DNA of 64,000 nucleotides from an uncultured Planctomycetaceae bacterium (GTDB lineage Bacteria; Planctomycetota; Planctomycetia; Planctomycetales; Planctomycetaceae): NCBI GenBank assembly GCA_963976765.1, contig CAXBME010000021.1, positions 62,001 to 126,000 of the forward strand, read 5' to 3'. Shown piece by piece: positions 38,542 to 49,900 of this stretch (position 1 is its first letter; each line of letters starts with the position of its first letter). The notes under the pieces were generated by a model. It saw only the letters and a program-made list of their open reading frames with translations, ran no database searches and was not told where the DNA came from. The position numbers and the translations under genes were made by a program.

Positions 38542-40047
38542 ATGTTGAGTGGATGGCTTTTGGCTCTGACGGTTGCGGCAAGTCCGGGACAATGCGGACC
38601 CGGTGGTTGCGGCATGGACGGCGGCATGGCGTTTTCGCCTGGCATGGCTTCCGGATCGTTTGTCGCCGGCCAGGGCGGCTTCTCAAATCCGTACGACGCA
38701 GTTTCGGCTGGTGGTGGCGGAGGCGGCGATCAGCTCTACCCGTTCGACTCTCCGGAACCCTGGTTGCACGGCTACTTCCAGGAGCTGCCCGCGCACTCTG
38801 GTTACGCAAGTTTCCGCCCTCACAACTACAAACACGTTCTGGCTCAGATGGAAGTTGCCAGTCGCTGGGGCATGAGTCCGGTCATGGCGTACTCGCACCA
38901 GTGGTATCACAATTTTCGACAGCGATCGGGCATGCACCCGAATTTCGGAATGGGTGGCTCGGCGAGTCTCGACCCGCCGTCGTACGGCAACGTTGCTCAA
39001 TATCAGTCTTCTGGCATGGCTCCAGATCCGTACGCTCCGGCAACCTCACCGACATCAAACAGCAGCCAGATGTCGCCGCTGCAGCAGGCCGCCGCTTTCC
39101 AGCAGGGTTACACTGGCGCTTCAATTCCGGGCATTACCACACCGTACTATCAGAGAGCGATCGCCCAGCCGGTCTCGACACCGGTCGAAGCCATCTCACC
39201 GGAATATCTTGAGCGGATGGACAACCTCCAGAAGCAGCTCGAAGAGCAGACTTTCCAGATGCAGCTGATGCAGCAGCGTTTGCAGGCTCAGGACAAATCA
39301 CAACTTCCCGCCTGGCAGCAACCGAACCATATGAGATTCCAGGGTGAACCAGGTCAGCAGGTTGAAGAGCCGCGACAGTTGCAGCAGTTCGCAGCGTCAT
39401 CAGCGGTTCCCGCTCAGAACTACCAGGACCAGGGCTATCAGGAGCTGACTCCCCCAGGATCGTTCGCACAGCCTGCCTATGGACAACCGGCGTACGGTCA
39501 GCCCGCCACATCGCAGAATTCCGGTTACTCTCAAGGCTACGGACAGTCCACTCAGGCACCGCAAACCTACCCGCAGTCTCAACCGACTTACCAGCCGGCT
39601 CCGCAGTATCAGAATGCTCCCGCGCAGAATATGCCGATGCAGAACGGCCCTCAAAACTACCAGATGCAACCAGCCTACCAGCAGCAGGGACCAGCTGCCG
39701 GTCAGCCAATGAATCCGATCATGACTGTGCCACAGGGACCGATCATGCAGCTGCCCCAGGGACAGGCCTACTTCTCGGCACCACAGAACACTGCCCCCGG
39801 ATACACGATGCAGGCACAGCAGCCAATCACTGGAACTCACGCTGTCTGGCAGCAGAATGCCGGGCAACCTGTCGGTCCACAATACGCCGGACAGTACGGA
39901 GCCGCCGCCGCTCAGCAGCTCGTTCCGCAGACTCAACTGGTCCCACAACAACCACAGTATCAGCAGCTTCAGTACGCACAGCCCGGCGGCTTCCAGCAGC
40001 CGGCCTACCAGCAGATGGGGACACCTCAAGGCGCGTACTACCAGTAG
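38542..40047 (+). CDS. Secreted Gln/Pro/Gly/Tyr-rich protein
   Basis: RBS GGAGGGGG before ATG 38542; signal-like MLSGWLLALTVAA; compact motif WLHGYFQE...FRPHNYKHV; short coiled coil; QPAY-type repeats. Confidence 0.75.
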   Translation: MLSGWLLALTVAASPGQCGPGGCGMDGGMAFSPGMASGSFVAGQGGFSNPYDAVSAGGGGGGDQLYPFDSPEPWLHGYFQELPAHSGYASFRPHNYKHVLAQMEVASRWGMSPVMAYSHQWYHNFRQRSGMHPNFGMGGSASLDPPSYGNVAQYQSSGMAPDPYAPATSPTSNSSQMSPLQQAAAFQQGYTGASIPGITTPYYQRAIAQPVSTPVEAISPEYLERMDNLQKQLEEQTFQMQLMQQRLQAQDKSQLPAWQQPNHMRFQGEPGQQVEEPRQLQQFAASSAVPAQNYQDQGYQELTPPGSFAQPAYGQPAYGQPATSQNSGYSQGYGQSTQAPQTYPQSQPTYQPAPQYQNAPAQNMPMQNGPQNYQMQPAYQQQGPAAGQPMNPIMTVPQGPIMQLPQGQAYFSAPQNTAPGYTMQAQQPITGTHAVWQQNAGQPVGPQYAGQYGAAAAQQLVPQTQLVPQQPQYQQLQYAQPGGFQQPAYQQMGTPQGAYYQ

Positions 40048-40079
40048 GACAGTCCGCAGTCGATTGAAAATTCGCAGCA

Positions 40080-40113
40080 GAACGCAGGCTTCCTGAAAAG
40101 AAAGTCTGCGTTC
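40080..40113 (+). terminator. Hairpin / possible terminator
   Basis: GAACGCAGGCTT...AAGTCTGCGTTC followed by AACTGTTTT. Confidence 0.5.
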
Positions 40114-40140
40114 AACTGTTTTAACCATCGGTACCGAACC

Positions 40141-40977
40141 GTGCCTCAACACTACGACCGACCATCCGGCTGCCCGGTTGAGATCGTCGCTCATCGAGGA
40201 GCGTCGATCGAAGCGCCAGAGAACACGCTGGCCGCCGTCAAACTGGCCTGGCAACTGAACGCCGACGCGGTTGAGATCGACGTTCAGCTGACGCGTGATG
40301 GCAGGCTCGCCGTCATTCACGATGCCACGCTGTCGCGCACGGCTGGCGTTGACAGAAACGTCGGCGACGTCGACCTGTCCGAGCTTCGCACAATCGATGT
40401 CGGATCGTGGAAAGACGAACGCTGGCGCGGCGAAACCATTCCCGAGCTGTGCGACGTTCTGAGCACAATCCCTGCCGAGCGGCGGGTCTTTGTCGAGCTG
40501 AAAGATGGAAACGATGCCGCGCCGCATCCCGCGATTGTGTCTGCTCTGCGGCGAGACCTTGCCGAAACGAACTCACCCCCCAAGTCCATTGTTCTAATCA
40601 GCTTCTACCCTGCCCTGCTCCGCGCGGCAAAACACGCTCTGCCGGACTTCGATGCGTTCCTCGTCGTCGAACAGAAGCCCGCCTCTGGAAGAGGCGGAGC
40701 AACCAACGAGAACGTCGGCAATCCATCGGCAACACACTGGCAACCGTCAATCGAGGAGATTATCGATGTTGCCGTTTCGTCAGACTTCAACGGCGTGGAC
40801 CTGTCCAACACCGCTGCCGTCACCCTCGAAGCAATCGACTACGTTCGACAGGCGAAACTGGCCTCGTGCATCTGGACCGTGAACTCGATCGAAGACGCCC
40901 GCCGCCTGATCACCGCCAGAGTCAACAGCCTGACCACCGACGATCCGCGAACGCTGCTCGCCGCGTTGAAGGACTGA
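40141..40977 (+). CDS. Glycerophosphodiester phosphodiesterase family protein
   Basis: Motifs VAHRGAS, PENTLAA, VEIDVQLTRDG, IHD, ELK, WTVN, TDDP. Confidence 0.92.
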   Translation: MPQHYDRPSGCPVEIVAHRGASIEAPENTLAAVKLAWQLNADAVEIDVQLTRDGRLAVIHDATLSRTAGVDRNVGDVDLSELRTIDVGSWKDERWRGETIPELCDVLSTIPAERRVFVELKDGNDAAPHPAIVSALRRDLAETNSPPKSIVLISFYPALLRAAKHALPDFDAFLVVEQKPASGRGGATNENVGNPSATHWQPSIEEIIDVAVSSDFNGVDLSNTAAVTLEAIDYVRQAKLASCIWTVNSIEDARRLITARVNSLTTDDPRTLLAALKD

Positions 40978-41069
40978 GAGGTTGTGAGTCTTTTCGACTC
41001 CGAAAGTAACAGCCACACTCCTCAATGAGGAAACTGTGGAGTCTCAATCTTTAATTGCAGGGGCAAGCC

Positions 41070-42461
41070 ATGCTGGACTCAGAACTGACCACTTCACGAC
41101 GAACGTTCCTGTCGAGCAGCTTCGCCGCCGCAGGCTCGACAATTGGCCTCGGAGCCTTGCCGGCTTTCAGTCAGACGGCTGTCAACCAGGAGCCAGTGAC
41201 GGTCCTCAACCCTCGTAACCGTGTTCCACTTTCGTTCATCATCGACGACTCAACCTGCCTGGTAAACATGGGGCACTTCTGCATGCCGCAGTTCGCGGAG
41301 TGCTATCCCACCCGCACGGACTACCAGAAACCGTGGAAAACCTGGCCACGGGAAATCCCGGATTCATTCGTGCGCGAGTTCGGCGAGTGGTGTGCCGAGC
41401 ACGGCGTCAAAGGAAAATACAGCATCGTCCCCAACCCTGCCTGCGTCGGGTGGATGGATCGCGAAATTCCCGGCTGGTCGCGAGGTGAGTTGCTCGACAG
41501 TCTCAAACTCGTCCGCGAGCTGATGGTCCCCAACTGGGACATCCATCCGGAAATGATCACTCACACGCGAGTCATCGATCTGAAAACAGGTCGCCCGATC
41601 AATGAGATCAGCCCGGCCACGATGGAGAACTCGTACCCGCGAGAAAAGAAAAGCGTCGATGAGCTGGCCGAGTACCTTGCCTACGCGTTGAGGATTCTGA
41701 AGAACTGCGACCTGCCCTGCGAAGGCGTCACGACGCCCGGTGGTTTCGGCAATCTCGTCAAGCCAGAACTTTCACTCGCCGTGCACGACGCTGTCCGAGA
41801 CGTCTACGGCACCGAACTGCCTCACTATTTCAAATACGTCGTCGGCAGCGGCGAAAGCACGATCCCAAAACTCGAACACGTACGAGACCTCGATACCGAC
41901 GACCCGAAAGCCACCGTCAACGTCCTCGCCGGAACCGGCGACTGGTTCGGAGGCTGGGACGGCGACCGCATATCCGAACCCGACAGATACGCATCCGAAG
42001 ATGCCACATCTGGACGCATGGTCGAGATGATCGAACGCGACGAGCCGGCCGTCATGCTCTGCCACTGGCCGGGCATGTACACCCAGGGAACGAAAGCCGG
42101 CTTCCGCGCGTTTCAGCGAGTCGTCACCTCGCTGGCTGGCCGCTTCCGCGACCAGACCGTCTGGATGAAAGTCAGCCAGCTCGGCCGCTACTACGCCGCC
42201 GCCGAGCTGACAAGGATCACCGTCACGACCGACAGCCTCACCCTGAAAGCACCGTTTGGGACGTCTGGCTTCACACTGCGAATCATGAAACCCGCGACCG
42301 GAAAACCAGTCGTCCAGGCAGCGACCAGAGAATCCCAGACACTCGACGAAGTCCGTTCCGCCACCAATCTCGATTCCGGAAAATGGCTGAACGAAGGCAC
42401 CTCACAAATCCTCTGCTTCGACCTGCCGAAAGGCACGACGAAGATCAGCTGGACGGCTTAG
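41070..42461 (+). CDS. Tat-exported hypothetical protein (possibly CE4/deacetylase-like fold)
   Basis: Twin-arginine motif SRRTFL; PLSFIIDD, DIHPEMITH, GVTTPGGFG, MLCHW. Confidence 0.72.
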   Translation: MLDSELTTSRRTFLSSSFAAAGSTIGLGALPAFSQTAVNQEPVTVLNPRNRVPLSFIIDDSTCLVNMGHFCMPQFAECYPTRTDYQKPWKTWPREIPDSFVREFGEWCAEHGVKGKYSIVPNPACVGWMDREIPGWSRGELLDSLKLVRELMVPNWDIHPEMITHTRVIDLKTGRPINEISPATMENSYPREKKSVDELAEYLAYALRILKNCDLPCEGVTTPGGFGNLVKPELSLAVHDAVRDVYGTELPHYFKYVVGSGESTIPKLEHVRDLDTDDPKATVNVLAGTGDWFGGWDGDRISEPDRYASEDATSGRMVEMIERDEPAVMLCHWPGMYTQGTKAGFRAFQRVVTSLAGRFRDQTVWMKVSQLGRYYAAAELTRITVTTDSLTLKAPFGTSGFTLRIMKPATGKPVVQAATRESQTLDEVRSATNLDSGKWLNEGTSQILCFDLPKGTTKISWTA

Positions 42462-42517
42462 ACTCTTCCGGCGGCATTAATCCACAACGTACGGTCCTGC
42501 GAATTCTCAGGTGAGGG

Positions 42518-42561
42518 CGCGAAGACGCAACGTTCTTCCCCCCAACCTTTGCGTCTTCGCG
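42518..42561. repeat. Intergenic inverted repeat (REP-like)
   Basis: CGCGAAGACGCAA-N18-TTGCGTCTTCGCG, perfect 13-bp arms. Confidence 0.6.
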
Positions 42562-42734
42562 TGATTCCGTTGTTGGGTTGCGGAAAATTTCCACTGAGAA
42601 ACATTTCTGCATCGGCACTGATCGTCGGCTCGTAGTTCCTGAGCCGATCCCCTGCTAACATCCGCGCCGCAATTCTGATTCCTTCAGAACCACCCCGGAA
42701 CGACCCCCGAATCTCGACGAGGAGCAGCCCAGGC

Positions 42735-43817
42735 ATGGCTGAACTGACCTACAAGGACGCTGGCGTTGATCTCGAACTTTACGAGCAGGCAATGGCCAGA
42801 CTCCCTGCTCTGATGCAGAAAACGCACACGCCGCGAGTCATGCCGATGCCCGGCGGATTTGCCGGCCTGTTTCAGCTCGGCACGAACACGCGACTGTTCA
42901 AAAATAACTACAGCGATCCGGTCCTCGTCTCGGGAACCGACGGCGTCGGCACAAAACTCAAAGTCGCCATCGCCGCTGGCAAGTTTGACACCGTCGGCAT
43001 CGACCTGGTCGGCATGTGTGTCAACGATTGTCTGTGCGTCGGAGCCGAACCGCTGTTCTTCCTCGATTACCTGGCACTCGGTAAGGACGACCCGACGCTG
43101 ATCGCTCAGCTTGTCGAAGGAGTCAGCTCGGCCTGCTGCGACACCGGCATGGCTTTACTCGGTGGCGAAACCGCCATCATGCCGGACGTCTACCAGGCAG
43201 GCGACTTCGACATGGCTGGCTTCTCGGTCGGCGTTGTCGAGAAAGATCAGATTATCGATGGCACTCAATCGATCAAACCGGGAGACGTCATCGTCGGACT
43301 CGGCTCAAGCGGTTTCCACTCGAACGGCTACAGCCTGGTGCGAAAAGTCGTTACCGATGTCGCCGGACTTTCTTACGACGACCACGTCGCCGACCTGAAT
43401 CAGACCGTCGCAGAAATTCTCCTCGAACCAACCCGGCTCTACGTTTCTTCGGTCCTCAGCGTTCTTGAAGATTCCAACCTGCGAGCTTCAGTCCACGGCC
43501 TGGCACACATCACCGGCGGCGGACTGCCCGACAATATCGAACGGATCCTCCCGGAAAACTGTGCCGCAGAAATCGACTCGTCCACCTGGCAGCGTCCGGC
43601 GTCTTTCGAATGGCTGCAGAGTCTTGGCGGAGTCGCTCGCGACGAAATGTACAAAGTCTTCAATATGGGCATCGGCTTCACAATTATCTGCGAACCGACA
43701 ATCGCCGACGAAGTTTGCCGCCGGATCCTCGCACACAACATCGAGGCATCCGTCATCGGCGAAATAAAAGAGGCCCCAAAGACCGTTTCGCTTCACCACA
43801 CTGGTCCGGCATCCTGA
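42735..43817 (+). CDS. purM: Phosphoribosylformylglycinamidine cyclo-ligase (AIR synthase)
   Basis: Motifs LTYKDAGVD, SGTDGVGTK, GAEPLFFLDY, GGETAIMP, SSGFHSNGYSLVRK, AHITGGG, VFNMGIG. Confidence 0.97.
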   Translation: MAELTYKDAGVDLELYEQAMARLPALMQKTHTPRVMPMPGGFAGLFQLGTNTRLFKNNYSDPVLVSGTDGVGTKLKVAIAAGKFDTVGIDLVGMCVNDCLCVGAEPLFFLDYLALGKDDPTLIAQLVEGVSSACCDTGMALLGGETAIMPDVYQAGDFDMAGFSVGVVEKDQIIDGTQSIKPGDVIVGLGSSGFHSNGYSLVRKVVTDVAGLSYDDHVADLNQTVAEILLEPTRLYVSSVLSVLEDSNLRASVHGLAHITGGGLPDNIERILPENCAAEIDSSTWQRPASFEWLQSLGGVARDEMYKVFNMGIGFTIICEPTIADEVCRRILAHNIEASVIGEIKEAPKTVSLHHTGPAS

Positions 43818-43946
43818 GAAGTTTCAGCGAGCCGCTTCCCCGGCGAAGTCAGCAGGCCGCCAAAATCAAGACCTGCTGCTCGCCAACATTTGCTTTGCTC
43901 TTGGAAGAGTGGTGTTAACTGGACATCACCGGAGCGCGTTGTCCAA

Positions 43947-46900
43947 TCAGTTTCCAGAATGCGAATAGGTCTTAAAGAGCAGCTTGATGTCGGAGACTCC
44001 GGAATTGTCTTCAGCGTTAAGCGATCGTAGCCCCTCATTGGCATCGTGATGCAGCCCTGAGCCCGGGATGATCAACAGCCAGCGAGTATTCCACACCGAA
44101 CGCCCAACAAGCCGACTGTTCCATGTCATCTCAGAATCGATCTGCAACTCGCCTTTGTCCGGGTAAGCTCTGAATCTCGAAAACCGACGGCTACCGTCCA
44201 TCTGCGCCCCGGAAAAACTCAAAGCCGGCGACCAGTTTCGATTCGACAGATCTCCCAGTCCAATCCGATGCGGAACCGGAATACGCTGATCGACGACGTT
44301 CCACGTATGTTCTTCCAAAGTTTCGCTGTAGGGGTACCGCGTCACGTCTGTTCCAACCGGCACAAGATAAACATGAGGTGTGCCCGCGACTCGCGTCGCG
44401 GGATAATCAACGAACCAGACGCCGACCGACCTGATCTTCGTCGCAAATTGACTCGGATCGAACAGATGATCGCCCGGGCCGACTGGCTGCCCGAAGAAAT
44501 TGCGACCTTCCTGAATCATCGTTCCGAATTCAATCACCAGCCCCGGTTGAGCCCCGGCAGCTGACGCAGCAAACGGTCGGCAATGCAGTCGAAACTCGGG
44601 CAGGTCGCGAATATCCTCGACGTAACTCTCCTGAAGTTTCTGCTGCCACTGAGCATTTCCGACCTCACCTTCTGCAATGCGGAAGAGTTCCCGACGTAAA
44701 GAAAATCGGCCTGTTTGTGTCTGGGGATTGTTGAACCCGAGCTGGCCATTCAACACGTCGAAGTTGTCTTTCAGCCGCGCAAGAATTCCAGCCAGGCCAC
44801 CCTGCCCGATCCTCGGCAAACCGTTCTCCCACAGTCCCGGATTTCGAGTACGAATCAGTTCGTCGAGCAACTGACTGGCTGACGCCGGATGGCTCTCTGG
44901 CAGACTCGTCTCATAGTCATAAGCTCGGGCAGCGAGATAAACATATCGAGCTGCCAGATCAAAACTCGAACGATACTTCTGCATGGCATCGTTTCGCGAC
45001 AGGCGCAGCGTCAGATCCTGGTACCGACTCTCCTGCGTTCCGGCTGCGATTCTGCGGTTGAACACTTCCCGTTCATCCAGCAGCCGCTGCCCTTCCTGCA
45101 ATGTCGCCAGGTACTGATTGGCCAATTGCTCGATCTGTTTCAGCTTTTCGTAGATATCGAGTCTCAGCTCAGGTTCCTGGTCGAACTCGGCAAGAAACTC
45201 TTTGGCCATCGCGGCAATCTCTCCGGACTCTTCTCTTTCCAGATCAATGACCTCTTCGCTCAACTCAGTGAGATAAATCCCGAGGTCACTGGCGCCTTTG
45301 GCAATATTGGCTGTCATTTTCACAATACGCATCGACGTCGACAGCACTCCCCCTGTCGTCTTGACGGCCAGCCGAATCGGAGCTCCCACGTCGTTTGAGA
45401 AACCAACGACACCCGGAATTCCCTGGACCCCGCCTTCAATGATTGTCTCTGTGGCCGTCGCCGTTGTGTCAGCTGTTTCCGCAATGGTATTGGAAATAGT
45501 TGATGCCCCCTGAAACGCTCGTTTCGTCTGTGAAAGCGCCAACTTTTCTCGAGTCACAGATTTCTGGTAATCACGTTTCCTGTCGAGTGAATCCTTCAAG
45601 TCGACAAGACCACTTGCATAGCCATCGTACTCGGCGAGCTTGCGAAGCAATTCAAACTCGGCAAGCATCAGGCGAGCGTAGATATTCTGAAGTCGGCCGT
45701 TCGCCTTTCTGCGGCCCCAGTTTTTCGGTGCGGCGAAGATTGCAGCCGGGCGTTGCACATAGGGCAGCTTCAACGCTACCGTCTGCTTGCCACCGAACAA
45801 TGAGCTGATGTCCGGAGGAGAGTCTTTATCGAGTGGTGACAGCCCGGGAATCTTTCGACCGAGAGGATGGTCCTTCAGATCGGCGATGTTGTCGTTGTAG
45901 TATTGAGCAAAATCGCCGTACGCATTGACGAAATTCGTATCCGCCGCCGTGTCGACCTGCGGCAAATCTTCAGCCAGAAGCTGGGCCTGGTCGACGTAGA
46001 AGTACAGCAAGATGTCCGGTCCTGCATACCCCGCCGGATATGCTTTGCCCGGCCCGATTGTGCCGTCGTAAGGCAGACCGAAAACTTCGATCAATCGATT
46101 GCGCCAGGCAAGATCCTGGTCGACAGCAAGTTTCCGGGTTTCGTCGACTCGCTCACCGACCTGCCTCAGCCGATGTCCCGACTCGTTCGCATAATCCCAC
46201 GCGGCCACAGCATTAGCAGCAGCACGCGTCGCATGTTCCCAGGTCTGTTCGAAGTGGGTCGCGGGATGGGAACTGGTTCGGTCGACCCGCACAGGATCGA
46301 TGTCAAACGCAACGGCATCGGGTGACAGGCCCAGCGGATTAAGCCCATCATTCGCCTGATCCAGTTTTCTTTGAATCAATGAATGGTTGACCGAGATTTC
46401 GCGAAGCTCATGCACACTCTGCCGATCAATCTTCGCAAGATTCTCTTCGCCCGCCGCACGCTCCGGCAGCATGGCATTGGACACAGCCCAGTCGAACAGG
46501 GCTCCCTGACCGGCACGGCGGGACCAACCGGCAACTCCCCATGCCCTCGAGGACTCTCGATCGATCAGTTCGGCGCCGGACTGACCACTTTCGGTCCATG
46601 CAAGTCTGTGAGTCAAATCGACGATTTCCGCACCAGTCCGCGCTCGAGCGGCGGCGGTCCGTACAAACTTAACTTCATCCAGATAGTCAACTTTCAGGAC
46701 AATGTCGAGCAGATTGTAAAGCTCTGGCCGCGCCCGCCACTGAAACACTGGATGCCGCAAGAGTGCATATTGCGAGCGAGCAGCTGACAGGTAGTGCCCC
46801 CAGGCATCTCCATGCCCCTGCGGATACATCAGCCGCGCGTCGCGTTCGTTGATAAAGCCATCATCGTTAACATCTTTGATTGCATAGTTCGTGGCGTATG

Positions 46901-49900
46901 CCGCTTCGCCCTGACCTTTGACAAAATTCCAGAACAGGCGACTTTGAACCGGATTCCCTTTGGGAAAATCAACTCCACGCAGCAAGGCCAGTTCTTCGTG
47001 AAGCAGCGACGCTTCCTGATTCTGAAAGGCGAACAGAGTCGGCGCCAAATTCCCGTACTCAGTATGTCGAGTTCCAATTCCAATGGTCGGATCCTGTGCA
47101 TCAGCGTATGCCTCATTCGCAAGCAGCATGTACAGGTCGGACGATCTGGTCGCAGCCAGCAGCAATGCCTGAAAGATCGGGTCAGTGGCGGTCGGCTGCG
47201 TCGCGTCGATACTCAGTTTGCGGGCTCGCTCAAGTAACGTCTGGTAAATCTGAATCAGCCCCGAATTTTCCACCACGTTCTTGTCCGGATTCAGAGCAAC
47301 GGGTCCGACAAAAGGCCCACCCGCCTGCTGAATCATGCTGGCGTAGGTGGCGGGGCTTTCGTGATCGCGAAACTCGGTAAAACGAGCTTCGTACGGATTA
47401 ATGGCGTCCAGAACGCGTTTGATCCACCCCATCGCCAGTTGTGGCAGATAACGCCGCCCCCCCGATGCCGTCAGTTGTGGCGAATTGCCGGCCCCTGCCC
47501 ATTCCCAGGGGAATGGCTGAAATACATTTCTTCCGAATGCGGGATCGTTAGCGTGCCGGTACCTTGAGAAGAAGAGAAAGTCTCCCAGCAACAAAGTCGG
47601 GTTGCCTTCCAGCACGACCTCATTGCCAGTTTGCCCGGGCAGCGGCTGCCACTTGGCGCCGTTCTCGCCAGGCAGCGGATGAGTCGCCGCGTCCGATGCG
47701 GACTCTCGAAACCACCATTCGAACGTCAGGCCGTCGCCGTTGGCACCAAAGTCTCCGGTGTGTCGCAACGTGATTCTTTCATCGAACGCGTTCGGAGACA
47801 GAATCGTCTTGATCGATCCACGGTAGCGATGTTCGGCAGAAACTTTGACGACATGAATCGTGACCGGACTCAGATCAGGATTCATGGGGTGCGCGTTTTC
47901 GACCAACGTCACATACCCCTCTTTGAACCCCGACCGAGGATCCATCGCCGCGGCGTTTGGCAGCAGTGCGAGCCCTGGACCAAATGCGGGCGCAGGCCGA
48001 CGTCCATTCGCATCCAGATAAACAGAGTCAATCGGCTTGAGATCGACCGCTTCCATAGCGTTTCGAATAGCCGCTCCCGTCGTCAGGCCCGCCAGGTACG
48101 GAGTCTGACCGCCCGCAGCGCCAATCTTTTCTGGATCGCGACTGAGTTTAAAGAGCCCCGCCACTGCCGCCCTCCAGTCGGGGCTATCAAACAAAGAGGC
48201 GATGCGATCGCGTTCGGAAGCTGTGAGAATATTCGGCTCGACCAGATAAACGGGATCCGGATCAGCCGTCAGATCGCTGTCCCCCAGTGTTCGACCGGAA
48301 ACGTAACCGCGAATCACCAGTCGTCCGGTAATGAAACCATCATTGCCATCTGGCGTTTGCCCTTGAGGATCAAACGTCACTCGTCGTTGCAGAGACGCTG
48401 GCAACTCCGGAAACGTCCACAACAACCCATCCACCTGGATCTTCGACGACGTCACCGCGAACCCCTGAACGTTCTTCATCCGGTCAAATGCCAGAGGCAC
48501 GTGCAGTTCCTGCAAAGGATTCAACAATCGAGCTGTGTAGCGAGCGGCGTTTGAATGGTCTTCCTTCATCGAAGCGTTTTGTGAATCGAACAGAAGCTGC
48601 CCGGCTGCCCAGCCAATGACGCCTGGCAAACCTGGCGTTTCGATAATTCTTCCATCTTTCTGAATCGTGGTTGGATGGTCCGCCTTGTATTCGCCACCCG
48701 CGTAAGTCAGCGTCTCGCCGGCTTTCAGAATCGGGACGGTTTCCGGCCACGCCGTATCAAAACGAACAGGCCCAGGCCCACCTCCAAACGGTTGTCGCCC
48801 GTTCGAAGTGACAACGTCTCTGAGCCATACCAGTCGTGCACCGGGTGCAACGCTATCGTTCGGATGCCAGAACGAATCGCGCATCGGATAGTAGAAATGC
48901 CCGAGAAAATGCGGTTCCGGCGTCGCTGGTGTAGGCCCGGAAATGACCCATGCAGTGCCGGGCGGATCGAACCAGTAAGTCGCCTGTGGCTGCCCGTTAA
49001 CGAAGAATGTTCCGTCGATGGTCTGAGCATTAACCGGACGACGCGTACCACGTCCGGTGTCATTCAGATTGGCAAGCCCAATCACTGAATTCAGAGGGTA
49101 CGGAGCAGCAACCGGCTCGCCGACCCGGATTGGATATCGAAACTTGTAGTGATTGTTCTCGGCCTTGATTGCGTAAACGCGCATCCGATGTTCGTTCACA
49201 CTGGCATCAAAGTATTCGACAAGCACAAACGGCTCTGAAGTGTGATCAGGGATACCTCTCCGATTGAGATCCGTCCTTAATGCAAATGCTGCAGGCGGAG
49301 GATTCGTTCCTGACCGGACTTTGACTTTGCCTGGCTGCCCGGCGACATCCTGAAACAGCGAGTCCGCAACAATCGCGTGTTCTTCGTTGGGGTTGAATCC
49401 GGCTGATTCAGGATCAGGTTGATGATAGATGCGGACCTTGCTGAATCGTGGTGTTTCGAACTGAAGTTGTGGATCGCCCGCTTCCGTGAGTCCTGCCGAC
49501 CCAAGCCGACTGGCCATCACAATCAGATTGGGATTATTAGCCGGCCAGTGAATGCGAGTGCTGGGGTACAACACCGGCGCCCACGGCCAATCGATATCCG
49601 GTTCGTTCATTTTCTGAGGAATACCAACGTCGGCCTGCTTCGTCAGGTTTTCATACCAGACGACGACCAGTTCGTTCGAGTAGTCACGCGGACCTTCACT
49701 CGCACCGAAGAGCTTTCGTTCTATTTCTGTGGACTGCTCCGGAGTCACCGGTCTCGTGTTTACGGGAATGAGCGGACCAGAAACGTTTTCGCGATCGTAA
49801 ATGTCCGGATTATGGAGCTGCTTCTGATCGTCACGATACAGCCAGCCAGTGCCCTTTGCGGCAAGGTCAAGCTCACTGTTCAACGGCTCGCCGACGGGGA

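Noticed and set aside
42462..42734. ZTP or purine riboswitch upstream of purM
   Set aside because: The conserved ZTP and purine aptamer core sequences were not found; only an inverted repeat is present.
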